Assembly (NCBI GenBank): GCA_965248925.1
Contig: CBDFLE010000005.1
Location: forward strand, 1,248,001-1,312,000
Direction: 5' to 3'
Length of the DNA: 64,000 bases
Source: Candidatus Multivoradales bacterium
GTDB taxonomy: Bacteria; Acidobacteriota; Thermoanaerobaculia; Multivoradales; J023
Shown in pieces: positions 30,961 to 41,297 of the stretch. The notes below the pieces were generated by a model, which made no database searches, had not been told where the DNA came from, and saw only the letters and a list, made by a program, of their open reading frames with translations. Numbering within the stretch: the first letter of the stretch is position 1; the number at the start of each line of letters is the position of its first letter. Position numbers and translations under genes: made by a program.

Positions 30961-31095
30961 TTGGTCGAGGGGACGGCCAAGGAGCAGCTTTCGGCTCACG
31001 GTTTTCTCGACCGGCTCCTTGCGGCCGAACTCGGCGAGCGGAAGGAGCGGCGGATCAAAACCTCGCTACGGCTCTCGGGGCTGCCCACGGGGCAG
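30961..31095 (+). pseudogene. istB: IstB N-terminal fragment
   Basis: FLDRLLAAELGERKERRIKTSLRLSGLP, typical of the IstB N-terminus. Confidence 0.65.
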
Positions 31096-31317
31096 GCCCA
31101 CGGTCGAGCCGGAGTACGAGATCGAGGTTCTATCCGAGGACGACAAGGTAGTGGCACGGGTAGGGAAGCTCCTCGACGTCCGGTGGAAGAACAAGTAGAA
31201 GAGCCCCGCCGCCATTCATCTTCCTGTTCTGGGAACATGCTGGCCTTTCTTCGCGTTTACCCATGACGGCCTTCGAATTAGCCGTCCTAAGAACCAACGA
31301 AGAAGGGACAGCAAGCC

Positions 31318-34300
31318 ATGAATGAACTCAGAAGGACGGCTCGAGACGGCAGAGCCCAAGAACACAGGAACTCCTCTCCCCAGGCCTGGCTCTCTTCGGA
31401 GAGCGCCAGCCGAGCATGGATTCTCGGCATTCTCCTCCTACTCGGCCTCCTCTCGGGCGTCACCGCCGCGGCCGGCAAGGGATCCAACTCACTCTCCGCC
31501 GGGAACGGGGCTTGCGTCTCGGATCTCGACTGCTCTGACGGGATCTTCTGCAATGGCTCGGAAAGCTGTGTGCGGGGCACTTGCGAGCCGGGGCCGGCCC
31601 CGTGCCCGGGAGATTCCTGCAACGAAGGCTTTGGAAGCTGCGGGGTCGGCGAGCCGCCGCGCCTCGAAGCCGGTAGCTTGACGGTCGGCAGCGATCCGGT
31701 GACCGTTCCCCTGGGGGCTGTCTACCGCCAACCGGTGGTGGTCGCTAGTGCTCACTATGACGGCGCCGCGCCACAGCTCTCGACCGTGGTCCGGATCGGC
31801 AGTGTCACCTCGACGAGCTTCCGGATCTGGCTCCAGCCAGCGGCTAATACCCTGCAGCCACCGGCCAGTGAGAGGGTCTCTTATCTGGTAGTGGAAGCCG
31901 GGGCCTGGAGCCTGAACGGATTGGCCTTCGAGGCCCAACGCTTCGTCTCCAGGGTCACGGATGGCATGCGGTTGGGAGGCGAGCGTCGCGCCTTCCTACA
32001 GAGCTATCTGCAGCCGGTGGTCCTCGGACAGGTGATGAGCGCCAACGATCCGCGCTGGTCGGTCTTCTGGGCCGCCGGCTCCACTACCTCGGAGCAGCCC
32101 GCCTGGAATGGTCTCAGGATGGGAAAGACGGTCGGCGAGGATCCACAGGGTTCCCGGCAGCCGGAGGAGATCGGCTTCATCGTCTTCGAGGCCGGCCACG
32201 GGAGCTTTGGCTCGACCGAATTCGAGGCCGGGGTGACCGCCCTGGGGGTGGGCGGTCTCTCTTTTTTGGCTCCCACCGCTCAGTCATTCGCCCAGCCCTT
32301 CCCCGAGGCGCCAGAAGTCATGTTGGTCGGCCTGGCGGGAATAACCGACCCGGAGGGCGGTTGGGCCGAGCTCTATGGGGAGACGGCAAGTGGATTCCAG
32401 GCCTTCGTCGAGGAAGATCAGCTAGGAGACGGCGAGCGCTCCCACGGCCCGGAGCGGGTGGCCTACCTGGCCTTCGACCAGGGCTTTCAGCAGGCGGGTG
32501 CGCCTTTCGAGATTCCCGACGACCCGCCCTTTCCGGATTTGCTGACCGATTACGCGCTGTGCGAGATCGGTGCCGGTGATTTTCAGTTGGGCTGCTCCAG
32601 CAGCGCATATTTCGAGTGTCTGGGTGACGGGATCGATGCCTGTGAGGCCGGCGTCAATCTCTGTGCCGATGAGCTCGAAAGCGTGGCCACGGGCTGCGCT
32701 GGTTGTTTCGGCTCGGGCTGGAGGCTGAGGTCGCCTTTTGCCTTGCTCTCCTGCACTCGTTGCGCCTTCGAGGTCCTCGAATACATCGAATGCCTCGACG
32801 ACGTCTCTTTTCAGCAACGTCTGAAGAACAGCCAGTGCAAGTGTGATTTCTGCGATACCCAGAATCCCACCTGCACCAACCGTTACGACGTCAACCTCGA
32901 GGTCACCGGCCTGCGCTGCGGGGAGGCGGTCGCGGCCAATGTCCTCTGCCAGTCCGACTCGACGCCGGCCACCTTTATGCTGAGCGAAGTCTCACCCACC
33001 TCGAACATCCCGAACTGGTGCTCCGGGCAAGACGATTGGAGCGTCACGATCGGCACGGTCATGGACCTCGCCACCAATACTCCTAAGCGCTCATGCACAC
33101 CGTCTCAGCGGAGCGGCGCCGGTACGACCCATATCCCTTCGGTCACCGCTCGCTTCGATTGCAGTTGCAGCGGTGCCAGCTGTGGCGACTCCGTGCAGCC
33201 GGTAGTCCTGACCGGGAGCGCCTCTTGTATGGCGCCGAACGATTGGTTCAGCCTCGACGTGGAGGTGACCGACCCTTGCGGCCAGCCGGTCGGGCAGAAT
33301 CAGGTGACGGTCACCGAGTCCGACACCTTCTTCCTAGGGATCGATGCGGTGCCGGGCAGCTTGGTAAAGACCACCATCGTCGACAGCTCTGGCGGCTGTT
33401 TCAACGACCCCTTCGATGTGCAAGTTCCCGCGGAAACCACCGGGACCTTCAACGTCACCCACGTCTCCTGTGACAGCTCCTGTGGCGGCGAAGTCGACGT
33501 CAACGTCAGGGTCATGGGCTTCGGTGCGGGACTCGATGGCGGGGTTCAGCTCGAGCTCTTCCTCGACGGGCAGCTGACCAGCACCAACACCTCGGCCCAG
33601 GGCGTTGCCTCTCTAGGGCGGGCCACGACAGGGCAGTCCTACGCGGTTGGGATCAACAATCCCGTGGTCGTGCTGCCAGCCGGTGCCGCGCGGCAGTGCC
33701 AGTACACCGATCTTGCGGGAGGGGTGGTGCCCGGCACTGGCCCCGTGACCCTGGGTCGGGTGGAATGCTCGAAGCTCAACAACGAGCCACCCCCTTGCGA
33801 TGACTGCCCCGACGGCATGCCCGGATCTCCGGCACCCCTACCGCCCCTACCGCTCCCCCCGGGCTCGGACGTGACCTGTGAGCAGGTCTGTCCGCCACCA
33901 CAGGCGACCAGCGTGGAAATCCCCTGTGATCCGTCCCTCTATTGTAACGGCAACGAGCCTTGTTACTGCGAGGCGGTCTCCTACATCTTTCCGCCTTGCT
34001 TCCTGGTATGCACCTCGCAATCCACCGTGATCACGGTCGACACCCCGGACGTGGTCTTCTCCCTGCGCGGTGACCATCCCACCGAGGTCTTGATCGCCAA
34101 TCAGAAGTTGCGGGTCGGTGCCGACACTGTGGACGATGTCGGCCTGAACCAGATCCGTTTGGCCATCGACGACCAGTGGGCCGGCTTCCTCGAGCTCGGA
34201 GGGGCTCAGAGCGCCACCACTTTCCATGAGCTGGACACCAGCCAGCTCGGAGTGGGCACTCACCGCCTGACCGCAGCGGTCTATGACGAGGAAGGCGGCT

Positions 34301-35976
34301 GGACGGCTCTCTACGACAGGGGCTTCGTGGTGCAGCATGCCGCCGACCCTTGTGTCGGAGACGACACCGGGCCGGTGCTCGAGATCGTCAGTCACTCCGA
34401 CGGTCAGCAGATTCCGCCCGGTCAGGTGACCTTGATCACCACCGGCACGGACAGTGGCAGCGGTATCTCCCAGGTCACCTATCTGATCGACGGTGTGGAG
34501 CAGCACAGCGATTCGAGCTCTCCCTACACTTTCAGCAATTGGTGGCCGGGTCCCGGTCAGTACACGGTGACCGCGAGAGGCAGGGACTTCTGCGGCAATC
34601 AGAGCGAGACCTCGATCACCCTGGTGGTGGTCGACCCGAGCGGCTGCACCGGTCAGCCCGAACCCTCGGTGGAGGTGACCAACCTTCAGGATGGTAGCTG
34701 GTTGCCACCGGGTCTCTACCACCTGGAGGCCTCGGCGACCGATCACTCGGGAAGCGGCATCGACCGGGTCGAATTTCAAGTCGGCAGCTTCGACCCCTGG
34801 GTCGATTCGGGGGCTCCCTTCGAGTCGAATGGCTATTGGCTGACCAACCAGGGGCCGGTGCCGATCGAGGTTCGGGTCTGGGATGGCTGTGGCCGAATGG
34901 GCACCGAGAGCCTGACCATTCATATCGAGGAGGACGCTTCCGTCTGCTCCCTCGACACGGCGGACCCATGGACCACCATCGCCTTGCCGGCCCACGGCGA
35001 GACGGTGTCGGAAGGTGCGGTCGAGGTGGTCGCCAATGCCGGCGACGACACCGGGCTCATGGCCGCGACCCTGCAGGTGGACGGGACCGTGCCGGAAGGG
35101 TTCACCATCCTCTCCGCCGATCCGACCGACTATCGATGGACCTGGCAGGCGACTCCCGGGACCCACACTCTCAGGGTCGCGGCCATGGACCAATGCAACA
35201 AAGTGGGCCTCTCGGCGCCCCGAACCGTCACGGTCACCGAGCGACCGACCTGCAACACCGGCGGCACCAAGCTGTGCTTGCTGGGCGGCCGCTTTGAGGT
35301 GACCCTGGACTATCCGGGCGGCAGCGCCAAAGCCCTATCGCGAACCGACAAGAGCGGTGCCCTCTGGTTCAACAATCCCAGCAGCATCGAAGCTCTGGTC
35401 AAGATCCTCGACGGCCGGGCTCAGAACGGGAGCTTCTGGGTCTACCACGGTGCCTTGACCGACCAGGGTTACACCCTGACGGTCAAGGATCTGTGGGAGA
35501 ACCTTACCCGCGTCTACCAGAGCCCGGGAGGGGATCTATGCGGCGGCTCCGACAACCAGGGCTTTCCCTCGTTGATGGATCCACCGGCCGGCCCCCTCGG
35601 TGGGAGCTCAGGAGCCGGAAGCAGCGGCGCCGGGGCCTGTGTGCCGACGCCGAAGCGCCTGTGCCTGAACGGCAAGCGTTTCGCGGCCGAGGTCCGCTAC
35701 CGCAACCCCAGCAATCCCGGTCAGATGCTGAATGCCACCAAGGCCAAGCACAAAGATCGGAGCGGCACCTTCTGGTTCTTCGATCCGGCCAATGAGGAAG
35801 TCGGGGTCAAGATCATTGACGGTTCCGCCCAGAACGGCCACTTCTGGGTGTTGCACGGCGGTGCCACCGACATCCACTACGAGGTGACGGTCACCGACAC
35901 CCAGACCGGCGCAAGCAAGACCTACGTCCAGGCCGCAGGCAGCTATTGCGGCTCTGCCGACACGCAGGCCTTCTAG
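31318..35976 (+). CDS. Large secreted/surface protein: Cys-rich repeats, H-type-lectin-like repeats, several Ig-like (Big) domains, two tandem C-terminal 'LCL..GRF' domains
   Basis: Hydrophobic leader. CSDGIFCNGSESC. Y.QPVV repeats. D.TGP.L...SDG/GSGI..V.F/Y Ig repeats. Duplicated ~105-aa C-terminal domain at 35251-35568 and 35638-35973. Confidence 0.87.
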   Translation: MNELRRTARDGRAQEHRNSSPQAWLSSESASRAWILGILLLLGLLSGVTAAAGKGSNSLSAGNGACVSDLDCSDGIFCNGSESCVRGTCEPGPAPCPGDSCNEGFGSCGVGEPPRLEAGSLTVGSDPVTVPLGAVYRQPVVVASAHYDGAAPQLSTVVRIGSVTSTSFRIWLQPAANTLQPPASERVSYLVVEAGAWSLNGLAFEAQRFVSRVTDGMRLGGERRAFLQSYLQPVVLGQVMSANDPRWSVFWAAGSTTSEQPAWNGLRMGKTVGEDPQGSRQPEEIGFIVFEAGHGSFGSTEFEAGVTALGVGGLSFLAPTAQSFAQPFPEAPEVMLVGLAGITDPEGGWAELYGETASGFQAFVEEDQLGDGERSHGPERVAYLAFDQGFQQAGAPFEIPDDPPFPDLLTDYALCEIGAGDFQLGCSSSAYFECLGDGIDACEAGVNLCADELESVATGCAGCFGSGWRLRSPFALLSCTRCAFEVLEYIECLDDVSFQQRLKNSQCKCDFCDTQNPTCTNRYDVNLEVTGLRCGEAVAANVLCQSDSTPATFMLSEVSPTSNIPNWCSGQDDWSVTIGTVMDLATNTPKRSCTPSQRSGAGTTHIPSVTARFDCSCSGASCGDSVQPVVLTGSASCMAPNDWFSLDVEVTDPCGQPVGQNQVTVTESDTFFLGIDAVPGSLVKTTIVDSSGGCFNDPFDVQVPAETTGTFNVTHVSCDSSCGGEVDVNVRVMGFGAGLDGGVQLELFLDGQLTSTNTSAQGVASLGRATTGQSYAVGINNPVVVLPAGAARQCQYTDLAGGVVPGTGPVTLGRVECSKLNNEPPPCDDCPDGMPGSPAPLPPLPLPPGSDVTCEQVCPPPQATSVEIPCDPSLYCNGNEPCYCEAVSYIFPPCFLVCTSQSTVITVDTPDVVFSLRGDHPTEVLIANQKLRVGADTVDDVGLNQIRLAIDDQWAGFLELGGAQSATTFHELDTSQLGVGTHRLTAAVYDEEGGWTALYDRGFVVQHAADPCVGDDTGPVLEIVSHSDGQQIPPGQVTLITTGTDSGSGISQVTYLIDGVEQHSDSSSPYTFSNWWPGPGQYTVTARGRDFCGNQSETSITLVVVDPSGCTGQPEPSVEVTNLQDGSWLPPGLYHLEASATDHSGSGIDRVEFQVGSFDPWVDSGAPFESNGYWLTNQGPVPIEVRVWDGCGRMGTESLTIHIEEDASVCSLDTADPWTTIALPAHGETVSEGAVEVVANAGDDTGLMAATLQVDGTVPEGFTILSADPTDYRWTWQATPGTHTLRVAAMDQCNKVGLSAPRTVTVTERPTCNTGGTKLCLLGGRFEVTLDYPGGSAKALSRTDKSGALWFNNPSSIEALVKILDGRAQNGSFWVYHGALTDQGYTLTVKDLWENLTRVYQSPGGDLCGGSDNQGFPSLMDPPAGPLGGSSGAGSSGAGACVPTPKRLCLNGKRFAAEVRYRNPSNPGQMLNATKAKHKDRSGTFWFFDPANEEVGVKIIDGSAQNGHFWVLHGGATDIHYEVTVTDTQTGASKTYVQAAGSYCGSADTQAF

Positions 35977-35990
35977 CCGATTCGCCTCTC

Positions 35991-36022
35991 CACCGCGGGC
36001 CGAGAGAGCTCGGCCCGCGGTG
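35991..36022 (+). terminator. Intrinsic terminator-like hairpin
   Basis: CACCGCGGGCCGAG-AGAG-CTCGGCCCGCGGTG perfect 14-bp stem 15 nt after the stop, followed by pyrimidines. Confidence 0.7.
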
Positions 36023-36354
36023 CTTCTCTCCGCGTTTCCCCTCTCCCCCGATCTGGACGTTCCTGACGCCCTCACCCAGCAGCTCGGCCGCAGCTGCGGT
36101 CAGCACCAGCTGGCCACTGCGCCGGACGGTGATCTCGGGGCCTCGATGCTCGCTGGCGGTGCCTTCGTAGAACTCGAAATTGGTTGTGGTCATCGTCTTC
36201 TCCTGTGGTCGGTTGCCGTGTGGCCGGTGGCGCCCGATGCGCTCTCGACCGATGGCCAAGGACTACAAGTAACCACGACGGGGCGTCAACCAGCGCGGGA
36301 CGGATCGTTCAAGGTTGCCTGATACCCTTACCCTGTTCTATTTGCATTTAAGGG

Positions 36355-37500
36355 TCATCCGGGAAATGGAGAGGCGAGCTGGTCATGGAGAAAGAAGAGC
36401 CTGAGCTTGAAGTACTCCATGTCTCGGAATCCATAGGCACTCCTCTTGAGGACCTTGATCTTGTTGTTGATGCCTTCGAGGGGTCCGGATAAGATGCGGT
36501 GACGGAAGTAGCTGAGCAGTCCTGGGCGATGTTTGTCGAGGGTATTGGCGAGCTTCGCGAAGTGGGGATTGTCGATGGCTTTGGCCTGGGTAGTCCAGGC
36601 GTCGAGGAAGTCCTTGCCGTCCTCTTCGTTCGGTAGGTTCCAGAAGAATCGTAGCTCCTCGTTGAGGAGATAGGCTTGGTAGAGGGGCTGGTTCAACTCC
36701 ATGAGAAGGGCGAGGTGCTCCAGGGAGGAGGGCTTGAGCTTCTCTCTTCGGGTTTCGTCGATGGCCTGATTGGCAAGAGCCACGACATGGTAGGGGTCGT
36801 GGACGATGTCGACCTGCTGGCCGAAGACCTGCCGGATTGCCTTGTGGTAGGCCTGGGACATATCGATTGCCACAGCTCGGGGACAAAGGCCTCTACTCTT
36901 GAGCTTCCAGAGGAAGGGCAGCAGGGCCTCGGCGTCCCTTCCGGAGTGAGCATGGAGGATCTGTCCGCTTTCCAGATCCAGCACCACGGTCATGTAGCGG
37001 TGTTCCTTGTGGGTGGCGAACTCGTCGACCGCGAGGTAGCGAACTTTGGAGAGCTTGCGCCGCTTCAGGCGCCTCTGGAGATGGCTCTTGTGGATCTCCT
37101 TGACCAAGTCCCAGCCGACGCCCAGTAGATCGGCGACGGCCTGCAGGGTGGCGATCTGGCACAGCTGGACGACGTAACGCGCGAAGGCCCGCAAATGGCT
37201 TTCTTTGCCCTCGGTGAAGGCGATCGGCTCTCGCCGGGTCTCTCCACATCGCCGACAGTGCTGGCGATGACCATGCAGAACCACAAACTGGGGTCGCCAC
37301 CCCACGGGTAGGGCGAAGAAGGTGCGCTCGAAGCCACCTTCAAGACGCAGATCGTACCAGCGCGCTCCGCACGCTCGGCAGGTGCGCTTGTGGGGAGCGA
37401 GTTCGACATGGTGGTAAACCCATCCGTGGGCGAACTCGGTGCAGCGCTGCACGTATCCGACCAAGCCGAGCGTGTGGTACAAGAAGCTGGTTGTCGCCAT
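36355..37500 (-). CDS. ISL3-family transposase (apparent internal deletion after DETRR)
   Basis: Zn finger CRAC...CRRC; AVDEF, AIDM, DPYHVV and EGINNKIKVLKR.AYGFRD motifs. Confidence 0.9.
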   Translation of the reverse strand: MATTSFLYHTLGLVGYVQRCTEFAHGWVYHHVELAPHKRTCRACGARWYDLRLEGGFERTFFALPVGWRPQFVVLHGHRQHCRRCGETRREPIAFTEGKESHLRAFARYVVQLCQIATLQAVADLLGVGWDLVKEIHKSHLQRRLKRRKLSKVRYLAVDEFATHKEHRYMTVVLDLESGQILHAHSGRDAEALLPFLWKLKSRGLCPRAVAIDMSQAYHKAIRQVFGQQVDIVHDPYHVVALANQAIDETRREKLKPSSLEHLALLMELNQPLYQAYLLNEELRFFWNLPNEEDGKDFLDAWTTQAKAIDNPHFAKLANTLDKHRPGLLSYFRHRILSGPLEGINNKIKVLKRSAYGFRDMEYFKLRLFFLHDQLASPFPG

Positions 37501-37647
37501 GAATCGGTCTCCCTGGGTTGGTTTGAGATACGACCAGGATGATCGACATGGCGACAACTCTCAAATCCCGCGCGCCCTCCTGCTCACAGAATTGCTCAAT
37601 CCGGTGCCTGTGCCCAGCCCTGCTTGGCGGCCTCCAGATCGTCTTGA

Positions 37648-37764
37648 CCCCGTCGCCCACAAGTCTAGGGGCGACAGCGGCTGACCGGGTCAAGGGCGGC
37701 GGAGCCGGCGAAGCGTACCCTTGAGGCGGTCAGCCGCTGTCGCCACACTGGGCCAGCGACGGGG
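37648..37764. repeat. Nested inverted-repeat structure in the ISL3 5' non-coding region
   Basis: Perfect 18-bp stem 37670-37687 / 37727-37744; inner TCAAGGG/CCCTTGA; outer CCCCGTCGC/GCGACGGGG. Confidence 0.8.
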
Positions 37765-37958
37765 CTTGCATGGTCTGGTCTGACGAGTCCGACCAGACCA
37801 TGACCTCCTCATTTCCCGGATGAACCGCATTTCGGGACTGCGAGATGTCGCCTTCAGCAGCGAGCGGCGATGTGACAAGGTAACCGGGACGCGCGCGTCG
37901 ATCGCTCCGGTGGTTTGCGCTGCCGCCCGCGCTCTCACCCATCACTCCACGGGAACCA

Positions 37959-39221
37959 ATGCTCGAAACCATCGAAGCTCTGCTCACTCAGCTCCGCCTG
38001 CCCTTCGGCGGGCGTGCCCTCGGTGCGCTCGCGCTGGCGGCGGCGGTACTGCTGCTTGTGGTCGGCGCGGCGATCTCGTTCTTCGTCGCCAAGAAACTGC
38101 TTCTCCGGATCGTCTCCGCCGCCGTCGCGCGGACCAAAACAGATTGGGACGACCGTCTGCTACGGCACCGGGTTTTCTTCTGGCTGGCCCACCTGGCTCC
38201 CGGCGCCGTGCTCTTCCGCTTGGCGCCGGGAGCGCTCGAAGGCGCCGCGTCGATGGCCGCTGGGATTCGGGCCGCGGCGCAGGTCTACATGGTCGTGGTC
38301 GGGCTGCTCGCCGTCGATGCGCTCTTGAACGCAACCCTCGAGATCTACGACACTTTCCGGGTCTCCCATCAGGTGCACCTCAAAGGTCTCGTCCAGGTCG
38401 CCAAGATCATCCTCTACCTGACGACGCTCTTGATCGTCATCGCGACCCTCTTGGGCAAGTCGCCGATCGTGTTGCTGAGCGGCTTGGGGGTGCTCGCCTC
38501 GGTGCTGATGTTGGTCTTCAAGGACGCGATCCTCGGTTTCGTTGCCGGCATCCAACTATCGACCAACCGCATGCTGTCGAAGGGCGATTGGCTGGAGATG
38601 CCGAGCTACGGTGCCGATGGCGACGTTCTCGAGATCGCGCTGACCACGGTCAAGGTGCAGAACTGGGACATGACGATCACCACAGTTCCGACGTATGCCC
38701 TGATCACCCAGTCATTCAAGAATTGGCGCGGCATGTCGGAGTCCGGCGGCCGGCGGATCAAGCGCTCGATCGCGATCGACATGAGCACGATCAAGCTTTG
38801 TACCGCCGAGATGACCGAGCGCTACTCGAAGATCCGCTATATCGCCGCCTACGTCGAACGCAAGCGGCGTGAGCTCGGTGAGTGGAACGACGCCCAGGGC
38901 ATCGAGGATACGAGTATCGTCAATGGGCGGCACCTGACCAACGTCGGCACATTTCGCGCCTATCTCGTCGCCTACTTGGAGAGTCATCCCGCGATTCACC
39001 AGGAGATGACATTGCTGGTGCGTCAGCTCGCGCCGACGCCGGACGGCCTGCCGATCGAGATCTACTGCTTCACCAACGACCCGGCGTGGGTGCGATATGA
39101 GTCGATCCAGGCCGATATCTTCGACCACATTCTGGCGATCGCCCCGGAGTTCGATCTGCGGGTCTTTCAGCATCCGAGCGGCGGCGATCTCGCAGCTCTC
39201 AAGCCGGTATTGTCAACTTAG
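37959..39221 (+). CDS. Mechanosensitive channel, MscS family (YbdG-like)
   Basis: LVFKDAILGFVAGIQLS, GDWLEMP.YGADGDV, QNWD.TITTVPTY and GGRRIKRS motifs. Confidence 0.93.
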   Translation: MLETIEALLTQLRLPFGGRALGALALAAAVLLLVVGAAISFFVAKKLLLRIVSAAVARTKTDWDDRLLRHRVFFWLAHLAPGAVLFRLAPGALEGAASMAAGIRAAAQVYMVVVGLLAVDALLNATLEIYDTFRVSHQVHLKGLVQVAKIILYLTTLLIVIATLLGKSPIVLLSGLGVLASVLMLVFKDAILGFVAGIQLSTNRMLSKGDWLEMPSYGADGDVLEIALTTVKVQNWDMTITTVPTYALITQSFKNWRGMSESGGRRIKRSIAIDMSTIKLCTAEMTERYSKIRYIAAYVERKRRELGEWNDAQGIEDTSIVNGRHLTNVGTFRAYLVAYLESHPAIHQEMTLLVRQLAPTPDGLPIEIYCFTNDPAWVRYESIQADIFDHILAIAPEFDLRVFQHPSGGDLAALKPVLST

Positions 39222-39826
39222 TCGAGCGCGATCGACGACTGCCCACTTTGCTCCGCCATTTCAAGCCGCCAGCGAGACCTCTGCCCGGTTGTTCGCCCAG
39301 CACCGGATATCGTGGCGAACCACCGGCACTTCCTTTCACGGTGATCACAGCCGTAACTGGTGCGCTTGTTAGTGATCAGGCGACCCTCTCCTTGGCCCTG
39401 TGCCTTCAGTAGCTTACAAAAGAAGCGTTTAGCTGCCCGGCGATCCCTGCAAGCCCCAGACTTGTGCTGACCTCGTGTAACTTGACACTACCTGCCGATG
39501 TACTTCGACCCGGAAACCGGCGACAGCTAGTCTGTCCTCGATCGCAGACCGAAGTGGCTGAAAGAGCGACCCCTCTAGGAATGGCCGCTAGACAAACTGA
39601 GAATACGCCGCAATCCTTGGCAGCCGTGAGGTTAGAGTTGCAAGGGGAGGGTGTGGGGGCGGGACGCCTGCGCGATGAGAGAGAGCAATCTCGCGCCGAC
39701 ATCCCGCCCGGAAGGGGCGTTGGGGCAGGGAGTTTCGGTGCTCCAGGCCGGAGCACCAGGGTGGCGGAAAAATGCAACCGGATGCACCGGCTACATAACT
39801 TCTAGATCTGCTACGAGTGTTGCCGA

Positions 39827-40267
39827 CTAACGACTCGCCAAACGCTGATAGAGGCCTACTTCGAAACCCCTTCTGAGACTGTCGGCGAAAGCTAGGGCCG
39901 GATGCCCGCCGCGCACTTTCTGCAGTCCATACAGTACCCGCTGGGCCTCGCTGATGCGTCGCTGCAAAATCAATGTTTCGGCCAGGAAAGCCCGCGCCTC
40001 GAGGTGCCCTGGCACCGCGCCGAGGACTTTCCAATAGCACCTCTCGGCGGCCCGGTAGCGGCCCTTGGCAAAAGCTCGCAGCCCCTCGATCAATGTCGTC
40101 GTCGAGCGTTCGGAGTTTTGTACCGCGTTGACGGTGGTGTCGTGCCGAGTCTTCGAGATATCGCTGACGGTACTCCGCAAAGCAGTCTCTACCGCTGTGC
40201 TCTCAGGCAGTTGGAACCAGCTACTCCGATTCGGTGTTAGCTCACTCGCGCCGCGGATTGATTCCAT
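39827..40267 (-). CDS. TPR-containing hypothetical protein
   Basis: GLRAFAKGRYRAAERCYWKVL...EARAFLAETL TPR pattern; G-rich RBS; sigma-54 promoter upstream. Confidence 0.65.
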   Translation of the reverse strand: MESIRGASELTPNRSSWFQLPESTAVETALRSTVSDISKTRHDTTVNAVQNSERSTTTLIEGLRAFAKGRYRAAERCYWKVLGAVPGHLEARAFLAETLILQRRISEAQRVLYGLQKVRGGHPALAFADSLRRGFEVGLYQRLASR

Positions 40268-40452
40268 CGGACCCCCTTCGTTATGGTCACAGTAACCGCC
40301 GGACGCCGCCGACCGGATTGGCTGGAGGTCGGGCAACGCCCTGACTCCACGCCCCGCGGCTACTGCTTATCGGCCAACGTCCCGAAGCACCGACCGGGGG
40401 AGAAACCAAAGGTTTCGCCACGATTGCCTCAGGACTTGATGACTCATACCAA

Positions 40453-40469
40453 AGCAAGTGCCATACCAG
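40453..40469 (-). promoter_or_regulatory. Sigma-54 -24/-12 promoter
   Basis: Minus strand CTGGTATGGCACTTGCT (GG-N10-GC). Confidence 0.75.
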
Positions 40470-40485
40470 CCTTGAACTACCGTCT

Positions 40486-40498
40486 TAAGTACTTGATA
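40486..40498 (-). promoter_or_regulatory. IHF site
   Basis: TATCAAGTACTTA is an exact match to WATCAANNNNTTR, located just upstream of the -24 element. Confidence 0.65.
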
Positions 40499-40580
40499 CG
40501 AACAAACTTATGGTCTAGACACAGATCTCAGGAGGGTTCGCTGAAGGAAGAAATCGGGGAATTTTTCCCTGCTCCGAGAA

Positions 40581-41297
40581 TCAGTTGAGAGGCTGGGATA
40601 ACTTGGTATCGATGCGTTTGAGCTGCTCGAGTTCTTCGCGCAAGCGCTCCAACTGCTGCTCGCTCTCGGCCAGCTCCATGGCGCGTACCTTGAACTGGCG
40701 GCTGAGTTGGGTGAGCTGACGATCGAGCAGGTTAATCTCGCGATTCTTGCGCTCTTCGAGTTCGGCCAGACTCTCTTGCAGAGCACGGGAACCCTCGATC
40801 AACCGCTCGATGAACAGAGTGCGGGTTCTGACCGCGCTTCTTAGCCGATCGAGATCTTCGCCGAGGGCCAAGAACAGCTCGGCCGCTGGTCGATACTGGC
40901 TCTCCGGATAGCTATCGATCAGCCGACTGAACCACTCGCCGGCCCGCTGCCACTGCTGCCGACCGGGGGCCAACGCCAGGCTCAATCCGAGGCGGAACAT
41001 CAGCCGATCACCTGCCTCGAGGCTCGCCACAGGTGGCTCTAGGGAGATCTCGTAAGCGGCAGCGGCAGCGGCGAAATCGCGATTGTCGTAGAGCTGGTCG
41101 GCGGGGTTGGCCAGCGGTGCGGTGGTGATACAGCCGGCGATCGCGAGCTGCATGGTCAAGGCAGCAAGGGCTGGGCCGAGTGCGACGCAGCTCTTGCACC
41201 AGCTTTGTGCCAGACCCCCTGCTAAGAATCCAGGCGCGGAAAAATAGCGCTTGTCTGTGCTTCCATCGAGATATCGCCGCCGCTTGCTAACGCTCAT
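40581..41297 (-). CDS. Lipoprotein with TPR-like and coiled-coil regions (QseG/YfhG-like)
   Basis: Lipobox-like LAIAGC; C-terminal coiled coil ending LEQLKRID; overlaps the kinase stop. Confidence 0.7.
   Translation of the reverse strand: MSVSKRRRYLDGSTDKRYFSAPGFLAGGLAQSWCKSCVALGPALAALTMQLAIAGCITTAPLANPADQLYDNRDFAAAAAAYEISLEPPVASLEAGDRLMFRLGLSLALAPGRQQWQRAGEWFSRLIDSYPESQYRPAAELFLALGEDLDRLRSAVRTRTLFIERLIEGSRALQESLAELEERKNREINLLDRQLTQLSRQFKVRAMELAESEQQLERLREELEQLKRIDTKLSQPLN

Larger units (their letters stand above)
36352..37826 (-). mobile_element. ISL3-family element
   Basis: IRs GGGTCATCCGGGAAATG / reverse complement GGTTCATCCGGGAAATG. Degenerate 8-bp TSD GCATTTAA / GCATTTCG. Confidence 0.88.

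Noticed and set aside
36045-36193. Short minus-strand ORF start MTTTNFEFYEG... with a good RBS
   Set aside because: Looks like a truncated remnant running into the terminator of the opposite gene; no function can be supported.
39222-39826. Possible tRNA/ncRNA or coding gene in the mscS-TPR intergenic region
   Set aside because: No cloverleaf, T-loop/CCA or recognisable RNA motif; the ORFs there lack RBS or domain signal.
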